From assembly GCA_021845905.1 (NCBI GenBank), contig JAJZVA010000002.1, positions 76,577 to 140,576 on the forward strand: a stretch of 64,000 nt of DNA, read 5' to 3'. The notes below the pieces were generated by a model. The model ran no database searches and was not told where the DNA came from. It saw only the letters and a program-made list of their open reading frames with translations. The DNA comes from Pseudomonadota bacterium (lineage in GTDB: Bacteria; Pseudomonadota; Alphaproteobacteria; Micavibrionales; UBA2020). The position numbers and the translations under genes are program-made. This document shows, in pieces, positions 10,138 to 22,518 of the stretch. Position 1 is the stretch's first letter. The number at the start of each line of letters is the position of its first letter.

Positions 10138-11226
10138 TCAAAAGGTTTCTTGCGGGCCGAAGCCGTAATGCTTCAGCCAGCGCAAATCGGATTCGAAAAA
10201 CGTGCGCAGGTCGGGAATGCCGTATTTGAGCATCGCCATGCGCTCGACCCCCATGCCGAAGGCGAAGCCCTGATATTCTTCCGCGTCGATGCCGCAGTTT
10301 TTCAGCACGTTGGGGTGCACCATGCCGCAGCCGAGAATTTCCAGCCAGTCGCTGCCTTCGCCGATTTTAAGCTCGCCTTTGCCGCGCGAACAGCCGATGT
10401 CCATCTCCGCCGAAGGTTCGGTGAAGGGGAAAAAGCTCGGGCGGAAACGCGTCGGCAGGTTATCGACCTCGAAAAAGCGCTTGCACAGTTCGGTCAGGCA
10501 GCCTTTCAAGTGGCCCATGTGGGCGGTCTTGTCGATCATCAGCCCTTCGAGCTGGTGGAACATCGGCGTGTGGGTCTGGTCGTAGTCCGAGCGGTAGGTG
10601 CGCCCCGGGATGATCACGCGGATCGGCGGTTTCCGGTTTTGCATCACGTGCACCTGCACGGTCGAAGTGTGGGTGCGCAGAAGCCTTTTTTGATCGGCCG
10701 GCGCCTGTTCGGCGCCTTCTTCGCCGGCGGCGTCGGGCAGGTAGAACGTGTCGTGCATCTGCCGCGCGGGATGCCCGGCGGGGAAGTTGAGCGCGGTGAA
10801 GTTGTGAAAATCGTCCTCGATCTCCGGCCCCTCGGCGACGGAAAAGCCGAAGTCGGCGAAAATGGCGGCGAGTTCCTCCATCGTGCGGGTGATGGGGTGG
10901 AGCGCGCCCTGCGGAAACGGACGCGGGCCGAGCGTGACGTCCATCTTCTCGTTGTGCAGGCGTTCGGCGAGCGCGGCCTTCTTGAGCGTCGCGGCGCGGG
11001 CGTCGATTTCGGCGCTGATCTCGTCCTTGAGGAGGTTGAGCGCCTGGCCTATCTTTTTGCGCTCTTCCGGCGCGAGGCTGCCGAGCGTTTTCATCATGTC
11101 GGTGACCTTGCCTTTTTTGCCCAGCGCCGTCACCCGCACGTCTTCCAGCGCGGCGATGTCATTGGCGGCCTTGACGGTTTCCACCAGTTCCTGTTTCAGG
11201 GCGTCGATGTTGTTCATGGCGGTCAT
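10138..11226 (-). CDS. pheS: phenylalanine--tRNA ligase alpha subunit
   Basis: Start chosen at ATG 11226 ([14 protein letters not shown]..); class II motifs ..[14 protein letters not shown].. and [14 protein letters not shown]. Confidence 0.93.
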   Translation of the reverse strand: MTAMNNIDALKQELVETVKAANDIAALEDVRVTALGKKGKVTDMMKTLGSLAPEERKKIGQALNLLKDEISAEIDARAATLKKAALAERLHNEKMDVTLGPRPFPQGALHPITRTMEELAAIFADFGFSVAEGPEIEDDFHNFTALNFPAGHPARQMHDTFYLPDAAGEEGAEQAPADQKRLLRTHTSTVQVHVMQNRKPPIRVIIPGRTYRSDYDQTHTPMFHQLEGLMIDKTAHMGHLKGCLTELCKRFFEVDNLPTRFRPSFFPFTEPSAEMDIGCSRGKGELKIGEGSDWLEILGCGMVHPNVLKNCGIDAEEYQGFAFGMGVERMAMLKYGIPDLRTFFESDLRWLKHYGFGPQETF

Positions 11227-11234
11227 GTCTCCAG

Positions 11235-11558
11235 TTATTCTTCGGGTTCGGATCCGGGGGCGAGCGCGACGGCGAGCCCGTCCATGTCTTCGCTCAATAT
11301 GATCTGGCACGCAAGACGTGAATTATCCCCGACTTCAAAGGCGTTGTCCAGTTGCGCGATTTCATCTTCCGTGGCGGCGGGCAGCTTTTCCCGCCAGGCT
11401 TCATCCACATAGACGTGGCAGGTGGCGCAGGCGCAGGCGCCGCCGCATTCCGCCTTGATGGGCAGCTTGCCGTCGCGGATGACCTCCATCAGCCGCCAGC
11501 CTTCGAGACCGTCGAGCGTTTGTTCTTTTCCGTTCCTGTCTTTCACGCGGATTTTCAT
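11235..11558 (-). CDS. 2Fe-2S ferredoxin (adrenodoxin/putidaredoxin type)
   Basis: 107 aa from ATG 11558; C-x5-C-x2-C..C pattern ([16 protein letters not shown]); longer track ORF is an upstream extension. Confidence 0.85.
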   Translation of the reverse strand: MKIRVKDRNGKEQTLDGLEGWRLMEVIRDGKLPIKAECGGACACATCHVYVDEAWREKLPAATEDEIAQLDNAFEVGDNSRLACQIILSEDMDGLAVALAPGSEPEE

Positions 11559-12352
11559 GTTTTCGCGCGCCGCCCGCCGCCGAGGATCTCTTTCAGCGCG
11601 AAGCCCGCCGCCGCGGTCAGCAGGCTCGACGTGAACAGCGACAAGGGCGCGGCGAGAAGATTGAGCAATGTTTGCTGCTGCATGGAAAGGCCGATGCCCG
11701 CGCCCGTCGCGGGGACGCTGTTGGCGAGCACCGCGCCGAGCAGCAGCTGGAAGACGATCATCACCGGAAAAATGCCGAGCAGCGCCATGCCGATCAGCCG
11801 CAGCGAGAACATCGCCCCCCATGTCTTGCGCAGGACACTGCGGATCGGGTGGCCGACGGCGGCGAGAACGGGCACGATGCCGAGACGCGCGCCCCAGAAC
11901 AGCGCGCCGATGATGAGCAGTTCGCCCGTGCCCGCCAGCGCGCCGAGGATGCCCGGCTTTTGCGTCAGTTTCTCGATATGCAGGAGGACGCTGAAGGCCG
12001 TGATGATCGTCATGTTGAAGAGGATGAGGCTGAGCACGGAGGCTTCCATGTCGCGGCGCCGCATGCCGCGCGCGGCGGCGTCGGCGGGCAGGCGGTCGTG
12101 GCGTTCGCCGAGAATCAGGAGGCGCGTCTCCACAAAAAGGAACCATGACAGCAGCAGCATCGAGGGCAGGTTCCAGAGATAAGCCTCGATCTCCGAAGCG
12201 CCGGGCCTTTCATACTGGATGAACAGCGCGCAGGCGATTTGCGCGACCATGGGCACGAGCGCGATTTTGGCCAGATACGCCCTCTCGCGCCAGACGAAAA
12301 GGTAGGCGTTTTTGACGGCGGCGGATATGCTGAACCGGCTGTAGTTGTTCAT
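11555..12352 (-). CDS. hypothetical polytopic membrane protein
   Basis: 265 aa, about 6 hydrophobic segments; stop overlaps ferredoxin start (ATGA at 11555-11558), implying co-translation. Confidence 0.6.
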   Translation of the reverse strand: MNNYSRFSISAAVKNAYLFVWRERAYLAKIALVPMVAQIACALFIQYERPGASEIEAYLWNLPSMLLLSWFLFVETRLLILGERHDRLPADAAARGMRRRDMEASVLSLILFNMTIITAFSVLLHIEKLTQKPGILGALAGTGELLIIGALFWGARLGIVPVLAAVGHPIRSVLRKTWGAMFSLRLIGMALLGIFPVMIVFQLLLGAVLANSVPATGAGIGLSMQQQTLLNLLAAPLSLFTSSLLTAAAGFALKEILGGGRRAKT

Positions 12353-12458
12353 TTTCCCTGTTTATCGTTGGCGGCGTTGCGCGCGGGCTTATTTTGACCA
12401 TTTTGTCCGCCGCCGCCAAGGTTTTCGTATGTTTTTATTATATTTACATAAATACTAT

Positions 12459-12487
12459 TTGACATAGCCATATAAAAGGCATATTCT
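12459..12487 (+). promoter_or_regulatory. candidate sigma70-type promoter TTGACA-17-TATTCT
   Basis: TTGACA 12459-12464, 17-nt spacer, TATTCT 12482-12487 in AT-rich DNA upstream of ORF 12605. Confidence 0.35.
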
Positions 12488-12604
12488 ACATATCAAGATA
12501 TATTGTACTCTGCCCTGTAAAGCGCCGGATAAAGGCGCGGGGCGAACATGCGCCGCGGCGCATACTTTGCGTGCGGCCGCGCTTTACGGAGAGTTTTTAT
12601 TATT

Positions 12605-13081
12605 ATGCCTAAAGGGAACCGCCAACGTGGAAAACAAAGCCTGCCCGCCCTGCCTGACGGCGGGGGCGCGCTTTCAGCTTCTCCGCGCCGCAAGGCGGCT
12701 GACGCAAAAGCCCAGCGCCGCTGGCTTTCCGGCATGATCGCGGGGCAGATCGTTTTCTTCGCGCTGGCCGTGCATGAAATCCCGCTCCTGATGGTGCCGT
12801 CCGCCGCCATTCTTCCGTTGCTTTTCGCCGCGACTTTGACGGGCGGAGTGCTGGGCGGCTTCGTCCAGTCGCGCCTTACCGGCAGGACGACGGATGCCGC
12901 GCAGATGCCGGTGCGCTCTTATATTTTTCAGGCGCTGGCCGAAACCAACCGCAAGCTGGCCGAAATGTTCGTCGAGGAAGAATTCAACGAAGCGGCCAAC
13001 AGCAACTCCGACAGCCGCCGCCTCAAGACCAAGCCGGAGCTGAAAGTCGCGCCGCCGTCAGTGGCTCCGCCACGTTTTTAA
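12605..13081 (+). CDS. hypothetical membrane protein (2 TM) with basic/proline tail
   Basis: 158 aa from ATG 12605; codons from the alternative ATG 12548 to 12604 are AT-rich at third positions, so the shorter form is preferred. Confidence 0.5.
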   Translation: MPKGNRQRGKQSLPALPDGGGALSASPRRKAADAKAQRRWLSGMIAGQIVFFALAVHEIPLLMVPSAAILPLLFAATLTGGVLGGFVQSRLTGRTTDAAQMPVRSYIFQALAETNRKLAEMFVEEEFNEAANSNSDSRRLKTKPELKVAPPSVAPPRF

Positions 13082-13167
13082 AGACTCCTCCGCCACGTTT
13101 TTAAAGACTCCTCCGCCACGTTTTTAAAGACTCCTCCGCCACGTTTTTAAAGACTCCTCCGCCACGT
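13065..13167. repeat. 23-bp tandem direct repeat, 4 full copies plus an 11-bp partial (ctccgccacgtttttaaagactc)
   Basis: Perfect copies start at 13065, 13088, 13111, 13134; partial at 13157. First copy contains the last codons and TAA of ORF 12605-13081. Confidence 0.95.
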
Positions 13168-13180
13168 CTTCACGGATCGT

Positions 13181-13441
13181 TCATGCGGTGAATTCCCGCG
13201 CCTCCTCGCCATCAAGATAAAAGGCGGCGAGATGCCAGATGCCGCGCGTGATGTCCGGCGCGTTTTTGAAGCAGACGTCATAGGGCGGCTCAAGCCGCGC
13301 CATGCGGCGCAGTTCCTCCGCGAGGCTTTTGATGTTTTTGGCGTGGATGTTGTCGTTTGTGCGCACGGTCTTGCTCCCTTTCAAGAAGAAGGCGCCAGAG
13401 AGGATTCTCTGGCGCCGGGAGTTAAGAAGTCGCGTTACCAC
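13181..13441 (-). CDS. hypothetical small protein
   Basis: 86-aa ORF convergent with 12605-13081; no motif recognised. Confidence 0.35.
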   Translation of the reverse strand: MVTRLLNSRRQRILSGAFFLKGSKTVRTNDNIHAKNIKSLAEELRRMARLEPPYDVCFKNAPDITRGIWHLAAFYLDGEEAREFTA

Positions 13442-13658
13442 GACCGCGACGGCCTTTAAGCCGAAGCTCTGGACATGCGCCGCCGCCTCCCGGGCATGAA
13501 AGCACGGAGAAGCGACGTGAATACGGACACGCCACCGGGTAACGCGGGATTCTTAAGCCCCGGTCGCCGCGCGGACGCGGCGACAACGCAAGTGTAAACG
13601 GCTTCAAGGAGAATGAAAAGGCGAAAGCGCGGGATGGAAAAGGGCTGGCCTTCGCGTT

Positions 13659-15893
<2,235 letters not shown>

Positions 15894-16055
15894 TCGGGAA
15901 GACTGGCAAAAATGACCGGGAAGACCGGGTTGCGTTGAGATTCAAGTATTTTGTGGCGAAAATCGTTCCTTTCGAGAACCGGCGCGCAACGGGCTTGAGC
16001 GCCCGTGAGCACCGGAAGCGCAGAAAGGGACGGTTTGCAGACCAAAGGACGCCGA

Positions 16056-17603
16056 ATGTCAACGCAACCCAATAATCCCTGGCTGGTGATGTTCGCCGTC
16101 AGCCTCGCCACCTTCATGGAGGTGCTGGACACGACGATCACCAACGTCTCCCTGCCGCATATCGGCGGAAGCCTCGCCGCGTCGCAGGAGCAGAGCACGT
16201 GGGTGATGACCTCCTATCTCGTCTCCAACGCCATCATCCTGCCGGTTTCGGGCTGGCTCGCCGACGCCATCGGGCGGAAGAAATATTTCATCCTTTCCAT
16301 CGCCTGCTTCACGCTGGCGTCGTTCTTCTGCGGCGCGGCGACGGCCTTGTGGATGATCATCGTCTTCCGCCTGCTGCAGGGCATGGCCGGCGGCGGCCTG
16401 CAGCCGACGCAGAGCGCGATTTTGCTCGACGTCTTTCCGGTCGAGGACAGGCCGAAGGCCTTCGCCCTTTCGGCGGTGACGATGATCGTCGCGCCGGTCA
16501 TCGGGCCGACGCTGGGCGGCTTCATCACCGACAATGTCAGCTGGCGGTGGATTTTCTTCATCAACGTGCCCGTGGGGCTGCTGGCGATCTTTCTCGTCAG
16601 CCGCCTTTATCACGAGCATGCCGAGGCGGCGAAGAAGAAAGTCTCGGTCGATTATTTCGGCTTTCTTCTGATCGCGCTCGGCATCGGCGCGGTGCAGGTC
16701 GTGCTCGACAAGGGTACGCAGTACGACTGGTTCGGCAGCCATTTCATCGTCAGCCTCACCGCGCTGGCGGTCGGCGCGCTGGGGTTCGCCGTCTGGTGGC
16801 TCTTGCGCCAGGAGCATCCGCTGGTGGAATTGCGCCTGCTCAGGATCCCCACCTTCCGCCTCTCCTGCATCCTGATCTTCTTCATGGGGTTCGTGCTTTA
16901 CAGCAGCAGCATTCTCCTGCCGCTGCTGGTGCAGGATTTTTTCCGTTACGACGCGACATGGGCGGGGCTGATCCTCTCGCCGGGCGCGCTGGCGGTGATC
17001 CTGATGATGCCGCTCGTCACGCGCCTCATCCGCGTCTGGAAGCCGAGATACCTGATCGCCACAGGCTTCACGCTCTGCGCGTCGGGCGTTTTCTACACCT
17101 CGCATTTCTCGCCGTCGGCGGACATCTGGACGTTCATCTCGATGCGCGTCCTGACCGTGAGCGGCCTGCCGTTTTTGTTCATTCCCATCAGTACGATGGC
17201 CTACAGCAAGATCGCGCGCCACATGAACAACAAGGCGGCGGCGCTCTATTCCCTCAGCCGCAATCTCGGCGGGAGCTTCGGCATCTCGCTGGTCATGACC
17301 TATCTGTTCCGCCATGCGCAGGCCTGGCAGACCTATCTCGGCGCGCATCTCGCCGCGACAAGCATCGCGACGCAACAGGCCTTGATGCGCAACGCCGCCG
17401 TGCTCAAGGCCGCGGGCGTCGCCCCGTCCGCCGCGCCGGTCGCCGCCAAGGCCCTGTTGTACCGGCAGTTGCAGCAGCAGGCAGGGCTCATGAGTTATGT
17501 CGATTCCTTCCGGCTGATGACGGTGATCATGCTGTTGCTCGTGCCGCTGGCGCTGCTGATGCCCGGCAATTTCCCCAAGAAAGGGGCCGTCGCCGCCGAG
17601 TGA
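16056..17603 (+). CDS. MFS drug:H+ antiporter, DHA2 (EmrB/QacA) family
   Basis: 515 aa from ATG 16056; FMEVLDTTITNVSLPHIGGSL.. signature start, about 14 TM segments. Confidence 0.88.
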   Translation: MSTQPNNPWLVMFAVSLATFMEVLDTTITNVSLPHIGGSLAASQEQSTWVMTSYLVSNAIILPVSGWLADAIGRKKYFILSIACFTLASFFCGAATALWMIIVFRLLQGMAGGGLQPTQSAILLDVFPVEDRPKAFALSAVTMIVAPVIGPTLGGFITDNVSWRWIFFINVPVGLLAIFLVSRLYHEHAEAAKKKVSVDYFGFLLIALGIGAVQVVLDKGTQYDWFGSHFIVSLTALAVGALGFAVWWLLRQEHPLVELRLLRIPTFRLSCILIFFMGFVLYSSSILLPLLVQDFFRYDATWAGLILSPGALAVILMMPLVTRLIRVWKPRYLIATGFTLCASGVFYTSHFSPSADIWTFISMRVLTVSGLPFLFIPISTMAYSKIARHMNNKAAALYSLSRNLGGSFGISLVMTYLFRHAQAWQTYLGAHLAATSIATQQALMRNAAVLKAAGVAPSAAPVAAKALLYRQLQQQAGLMSYVDSFRLMTVIMLLLVPLALLMPGNFPKKGAVAAE

Positions 17604-17667
17604 GGCAGAGGTTCTTGATCTGCGGGCCGGGAAAAAGGATAATGCGCTTCATGACGGATCACGGGAC

Positions 17668-19296
17668 ATGACAGAGGCGTTCGAGCTTCCGCGCGAGGTC
17701 GCCACCGCCTACCGCGCCGCGCCGCAAAAAGCCTTGCGGGTGCTGGCGGCGCTGGCCGACGGCAACGGCCTCAAGGCGGAACAGTTGCGGCTCGTCAGGG
17801 ACGAGACGGAGATCCATATGATCCCCGCCGCGATCACCGTCACGCTTGCGCCGGACATGGCCAAATCGCAGGTGCGCGGCCGCAACCCGCAAGGGGAGGC
17901 GCTGGGCAGCGCGGCCGAAATCATGGCCGCCGCCGAAGCGCTTTTGCCGCAGTTTTTAGAGGGCGAAGCCGCGCGGCAGGAGATTCTCGAAGTCGTGCGC
18001 CGTCTTCCGGGCGAAGGCTTCGGCATGGCGGCGACAAGCATTCCCCTCAAATCCGCGCAGAAGGTTTTCTCGACCGTCGCGCCCTGCGCCGCTTGCGCGG
18101 GCGAAGCGGTCATTCCCTGCCAGCTTTGCCGCGGCACGGGGCGGATGCCCTGCCAGGCCTGCCGCGGCGCGGGCTTCTCGCCCTGCGCCGGTTGCGGCGG
18201 CGGCGGACTTCTGCCGCCCGATGCCGCGGGAAACAGCATGCCCTGCCCGCGCTGCCAGCGGACGGGAAAAATAACCTGTCAGGTTTGCAACGGCGCGCGC
18301 GAGACGGGCTGTCAGGCCTGCGGAGGTCAGGGACGGACGGGCTGCCCGTCTTGCGGACAGACGGGCGCCGAGACGCTGGTTTATCAGATGTCCGCCACGG
18401 CGCGGTGCGTCTTCAAGATCGACTGGCGCAAGGCGCCGCCCGGGGTCAAAGACGTTTTCGAAAAGCTCGGCGGGGATAAAATCGTCGCCCGCAAGCATGC
18501 CGAGGCCTACTGGCAGCTGCCGGAGGTGCGCGGCAAGGAGCTTGTCATCGACGGTCTCGCCTGTTTTCCGGTTTCCGCCGCGACGTTTTCGGTGGCGGGG
18601 AAGATGTTTCCCGCCACGGTCGCGGGGCTGCAGGGCCGCATCGTCACGATGGATCCGGTGCTCGACCCGTTCGTCAAGCCGGGAATTTCCGCGCTGGTCA
18701 AGCTCGCCAAGGGGCCGCTCGCCGCGGCGGCGCTGATCGATACCGCCTGCAAATACAAGCTGACGCGCCGCGTGCTGGCCGACGTGGCGCGCCGCCCGAA
18801 AAAAACGGTCTATCAGGCGCTGGTCGGCGAATACGGCGCGCTGCTGTCGGACAAATACGCCCGCGCCGCCGTCACCAGCGCCGCGCGCGCGCTGCAGGCC
18901 ATCAGCAACGGCCCGCGCGGCAGGGGGCTTGCGCTCGGCGCCGCTCTTTCCGCCGCGCTCGCCGTCGGATATTACATGACGCCGCTCCGTCTTTCCCTGT
19001 TTGCGGCGCTGGCGCAAAGGGGCCTTGAAAAATATATCGCGCTTGCGGATATTGCCGTCGGCCTCGCCGGCGCGCTTCTGACCGTTGTCCTGATCCGCAT
19101 GATGGCGGCGTCGGCGCTGAAAAAAATCCTGCCCGCGGCGGTGCGGGCGGAAGAGACCGGCGGCGGCGCGTCTTTCCGCCCCGGCGCGGGAACGCAGGGA
19201 TTGCTGGCTTTTCCGCTCTGCGCGGCCGTTTCCGTCGCCGCTGCGGCGCTGGCGGCGCACAAGCCGGAGTGGATCATGGTTTTGCTGCGGCGGTGA
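17668..19296 (+). CDS. hypothetical protein with eight CxxC (DnaJ CR-like CxxCxGxG) motifs and C-terminal TM helices
   Basis: 542 aa; aa 140-229 = CAAC..CQLCRGTG..CQACRGAG..CAGCGGGG..CPRCQRTG..CQVCNGAR..CQACGGQG..CPSCGQTG; 3-4 hydrophobic helices in the last ~120 aa. Confidence 0.7.
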   Translation: MTEAFELPREVATAYRAAPQKALRVLAALADGNGLKAEQLRLVRDETEIHMIPAAITVTLAPDMAKSQVRGRNPQGEALGSAAEIMAAAEALLPQFLEGEAARQEILEVVRRLPGEGFGMAATSIPLKSAQKVFSTVAPCAACAGEAVIPCQLCRGTGRMPCQACRGAGFSPCAGCGGGGLLPPDAAGNSMPCPRCQRTGKITCQVCNGARETGCQACGGQGRTGCPSCGQTGAETLVYQMSATARCVFKIDWRKAPPGVKDVFEKLGGDKIVARKHAEAYWQLPEVRGKELVIDGLACFPVSAATFSVAGKMFPATVAGLQGRIVTMDPVLDPFVKPGISALVKLAKGPLAAAALIDTACKYKLTRRVLADVARRPKKTVYQALVGEYGALLSDKYARAAVTSAARALQAISNGPRGRGLALGAALSAALAVGYYMTPLRLSLFAALAQRGLEKYIALADIAVGLAGALLTVVLIRMMAASALKKILPAAVRAEETGGGASFRPGAGTQGLLAFPLCAAVSVAAAALAAHKPEWIMVLLRR

Positions 19297-19315
19297 ATTT
19301 TCGGGAGAGTGATCG

Positions 19316-20440
19316 ATGATGAGGAAGTTCTGTTTTCTTGCTGTTTTTCTGATCTGCGCGGCGGCGCTTCCGGCGCGGGCGCAGATCGTCCAGCCGCCCG
19401 TGCCGCAGGAGACGGCGGAGAAAGACGGGCGCATCGGCACGGTCATCGACGTCGAAGGCCCCGCCGTCCTCACGCCGGTCGGCGGCATGCCCGCCGAAGC
19501 CGCCGTCAACATGCCGGTTTATCTCAACGACATCGCGCAGACGGGCGCGCACGCCCGGCTCTTCATTTTGTTCATCGACAACACCAACGTCGTCCTCTCG
19601 TCCAACGCCATGTTGCGGATCGACAAATACGTTTACGATCCCGATGACGCCACCAGCGCCGACAACAACGCCACTTATACCATCGAGGGCGCGTTCGAAT
19701 ACGTCAGCGGACTGATCGGCCACCGCAAGGACCCGGACGTGCATGTGGAAACGCCGGTCGGTTCCATCGGCATCCGCGGCACGGACTTCTGGGCGGGGCC
19801 GATGGACGGCCAGTATCAGGTGGCGGTGAACGAAGGGCGGGTTTCGCTCAAGACAGACGGCGGCGAGGAGATCGTCAACAAGGGCGAGGGCACTTACGTG
19901 CGCGGCATGTTCGACCGCCCGGCGCCGGCGGAAATCTGGAGCGCGGACAGGTTCCGGCGCATGGCGGCGGAAGTGCGGCTCGCGCGCTATGCCGCGGCCC
20001 TGCGGCGCATGCACGCGCTGCAAAGCCGCCAGCCGGCGTTCAGGGAGGTTTACCGCGCCTATGTGCGCCGCGCCCATCCGCATTGGCTGCGGGATCTTCA
20101 TCCGCGCGGGATGGAGGGCAAAACCGGCGCGGAAAGAATCAGGCAGGAATGGAACGCGCGCAAGTCCGAAGCCGCGCCCGGCCGCGCGGAGAAGAGCCGG
20201 ATGGAAAAAGACCGCACCGAGATGTGGCGGAGCCGCTGGCGCGCCTGGCGGCAACAGCACAGCCACGGCATGCGCGAACAACAGGGTCTGCCGCAGAAAA
20301 ATCAGCAGCGGGAAAGCCTCCGGCCGGAAGACCGGCAACGGGAAAAAGGCGCCGCGCGTCGCCGCGCCCGGCAGACATGGGAAAAAGACCGTGAACGCGG
20401 GGCGAAGAAGCGCCGCGCCGCCGAGGGCACGCGGTATTGA
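19316..20440 (+). CDS. secreted FecR-domain protein with long Arg/Glu/Lys-rich C-terminal half
   Basis: 374 aa; signal peptide MMRKFCFLAVFLICAAALPARA|Q; FecR-like beta region (..VETPVGSIGIRGTDFW..VAVNEGRVSL..); starts 19 nt after the preceding stop. Confidence 0.7.
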   Translation: MMRKFCFLAVFLICAAALPARAQIVQPPVPQETAEKDGRIGTVIDVEGPAVLTPVGGMPAEAAVNMPVYLNDIAQTGAHARLFILFIDNTNVVLSSNAMLRIDKYVYDPDDATSADNNATYTIEGAFEYVSGLIGHRKDPDVHVETPVGSIGIRGTDFWAGPMDGQYQVAVNEGRVSLKTDGGEEIVNKGEGTYVRGMFDRPAPAEIWSADRFRRMAAEVRLARYAAALRRMHALQSRQPAFREVYRAYVRRAHPHWLRDLHPRGMEGKTGAERIRQEWNARKSEAAPGRAEKSRMEKDRTEMWRSRWRAWRQQHSHGMREQQGLPQKNQQRESLRPEDRQREKGAARRRARQTWEKDRERGAKKRRAAEGTRY

Positions 20441-20505
20441 GCGGATCCGGGCTTTTCCGTCGGGATAGAAGGCGGTGATTAAAAGGTAATGAAAGAGCGC
20501 AAGCT

Positions 20506-22518
20506 TTAAAGCGCCGTCGCCGCGCCGGAAGAGCGCGCCATGCCGAGCGCATCGCGCACTTTGGCGACGATCGCCGCGGCATCGAGCCCCGCCTCTGCAT
20601 ATTGCTTTTCCGGCGTGTCGTGGTCGATGAACGCGTCGGGGAGGACCATGGCGCGGACTTTCAATCCGTGATCGAGCAGCCCCGCATCCGACAGATGCTG
20701 CAAAACAAAAGCGCCGAAGCCGCCGACCGACCCTTCCTCGATGGTGATCAGAACCTCATGATTGCGCGCGAGATCTTCCGTCAGTTCCTTATCCAGCGGC
20801 TTGGCGAAGCGCGCGTCGGCGACCGTGGCGGAAAGCCCCAGCGCCGCGAGCTGGTCGGCCGCCTTCAAGCATTCCTGCAACCGCGCGCCGTAACTGAGCA
20901 GCGCGATTTTTTTGCCCTGTCGCACGATCCTTCCCTTGCCGATCGGCAACACCGCGCCGCGTTCCTTCAATTCCGGGCCCGGCGCGCTCTGCGCGCCTGA
21001 TAAATTTTCAGGGCGCACAGCGCCCGTGCCGTTGCCGCGCGGATACCTTAAAGCGACCGGCCCGTCGTTATAGGCGACCATCGTTGCCGTCATGTCCTGC
21101 AATTCACGCTCGTCCGCCGCCGCCATCAAGACGAAATTCGGCAAACAGCCGAGATAGGCGACGTCGAACGACCCCGCGTGGGTCGCGCCGTCCGCGCCGA
21201 CCAGCCCCGCGCGGTCGATGGCGAATTTCACCGGCAGGTTCTGGAGCGCCACGTCGTGCACCACCTGATCGTAGGCGCGCTGCAAAAACGTCGAATAGAT
21301 CGCGCAGACCGGCTTGAAGCCCTCCGCCGCCAGCCCCGCCGCGAAGGTCACCGCGTGCTGTTCGGCGATGCCGACGTCGAACATGCGCTCCGGAAACGCC
21401 TTCTCAAACAGGTCCAGCCCCGTGCCCGCGGGCATCGCGGCGGTGACGGCGACGATCTTGTCGTCATGTTTCGCTTCGGCGATCAGGCTTTCGGCGAAAA
21501 CTTTGGTATAGGAGGGCGGCGCGTTGTGCGGCTTCTTTTGCGCGCCGGTCACGACGTCGAACTTCGCGACGCCGTGCATCTTGTCGGCGGCGTTTTCGGC
21601 GGGCGCGTAACCCTTGCCCTTTTTCGTCACCACATGAATGAGAATGGGCCCCGGATGCGCGCTGTTTTTCACGTTTTCCAGCACCGGGAGGAGATGGTCG
21701 AAGTTATGCCCGTCGATCGGGCCGACGTAATAAAAACCCATCTCGCCGAACAGCGTGCCGCCGGTCCAGAACCCGCGGGTATATTCCTCCGCCTTGCGCG
21801 CCGCTTCTTTGAGCGGGGGCGGCAGTTTGGCGACGGCTTTCTTGCCGATCTCGCGCATGCTGAGATAAGCCTTGCCGGAAATGAGGCGCGAGAGATAAGC
21901 GCTCATCGCGCCGGTCGGCGGCGCGATCGACATGTCGTTGTCGTTCAAAATCACGATCAGGCGGTTTTTCAAATGCCCGGCGTTGTTCATCGCCTCATAG
22001 GCCATGCCGGCGCTCATCGCCCCGTCGCCGATCACCGCGATAACATGATTTGGCGGCGCAAGCGCGACTGCCGCGCCTTGCGCGGCCGATATATTTTTCG
22101 CCTTCAAATCCCGCGCCACCGCCATGCCCAATCCGGCGGAAATCGAGGTCGAGCTGTGCGCCGCGCCAAAGGGATCGTATTCGCTTTCGCTCCGTTTGGT
22201 GAAACCGGACAAGCCGCCGCCCTGCCTTAAGCTGCGAATACGGTCCTTGCGTCCGGTGAGGATTTTATGCGGATAGGCCTGATGCCCGACATCCCAGATC
22301 AGCCTGTCGTCCGGCGTGTTGAAAACGTAATGGAGCGCGCATGTCAGTTCGACCACGCCCAGCCCCGCGCCGAGGTGTCCGCCGGTCACCGCGACGGCGG
22401 AGATCATTTCCCGCCGCACTTCTTCCGCCAGTTGCGGCAGATCTTCCTTGTCGAGGCGGCGCAAGTCCTCCGGCGTGTTGATGTCATCGAGCAGGGACAA
22501 TGCGAAGGCTTTCTTCAA
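20506..22518 (-). CDS. dxs: 1-deoxy-D-xylulose-5-phosphate synthase
   Basis: 670 aa; ..[36 protein letters not shown]..; [18 protein letters not shown] motif. Confidence 0.96.
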   Translation of the reverse strand: MKKAFALSLLDDINTPEDLRRLDKEDLPQLAEEVRREMISAVAVTGGHLGAGLGVVELTCALHYVFNTPDDRLIWDVGHQAYPHKILTGRKDRIRSLRQGGGLSGFTKRSESEYDPFGAAHSSTSISAGLGMAVARDLKAKNISAAQGAAVALAPPNHVIAVIGDGAMSAGMAYEAMNNAGHLKNRLIVILNDNDMSIAPPTGAMSAYLSRLISGKAYLSMREIGKKAVAKLPPPLKEAARKAEEYTRGFWTGGTLFGEMGFYYVGPIDGHNFDHLLPVLENVKNSAHPGPILIHVVTKKGKGYAPAENAADKMHGVAKFDVVTGAQKKPHNAPPSYTKVFAESLIAEAKHDDKIVAVTAAMPAGTGLDLFEKAFPERMFDVGIAEQHAVTFAAGLAAEGFKPVCAIYSTFLQRAYDQVVHDVALQNLPVKFAIDRAGLVGADGATHAGSFDVAYLGCLPNFVLMAAADERELQDMTATMVAYNDGPVALRYPRGNGTGAVRPENLSGAQSAPGPELKERGAVLPIGKGRIVRQGKKIALLSYGARLQECLKAADQLAALGLSATVADARFAKPLDKELTEDLARNHEVLITIEEGSVGGFGAFVLQHLSDAGLLDHGLKVRAMVLPDAFIDHDTPEKQYAEAGLDAAAIVAKVRDALGMARSSGAATAL

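Noticed and set aside
7807-11412. 1201-aa plus-strand ORF spanning pheT/pheS
   Set aside because: This is a mirror-frame ORF of the kind expected in GC-rich DNA. The opposite strand encodes unmistakable PheT and PheS, and the translation is Arg/Ala/Gly/Asp low-complexity with no motifs.
13065-13167. Considered a CRISPR array or plasmid-type iteron/origin
   Set aside because: The repeats are contiguous with no spacers, so this is not CRISPR. No rep gene, DnaA boxes or adjacent AT-rich unwinding element was seen, and the array lies between convergent genes. It is called a simple tandem repeat.
13563-13584. Perfect 9-bp stem / 4-nt loop hairpin gtcgccgcg-cgga-cgcggcgac in the 217-bp spacer 13442-13658; the region was also checked for a small RNA or tRNA
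   Set aside because: Neither strand has a U-tract, no tRNA-like T-arm (GTTCGA/GGTTC) context is present, and there is no resemblance to the SRP, 6S, tmRNA or RNase P motifs I know. There is not enough to call a feature.
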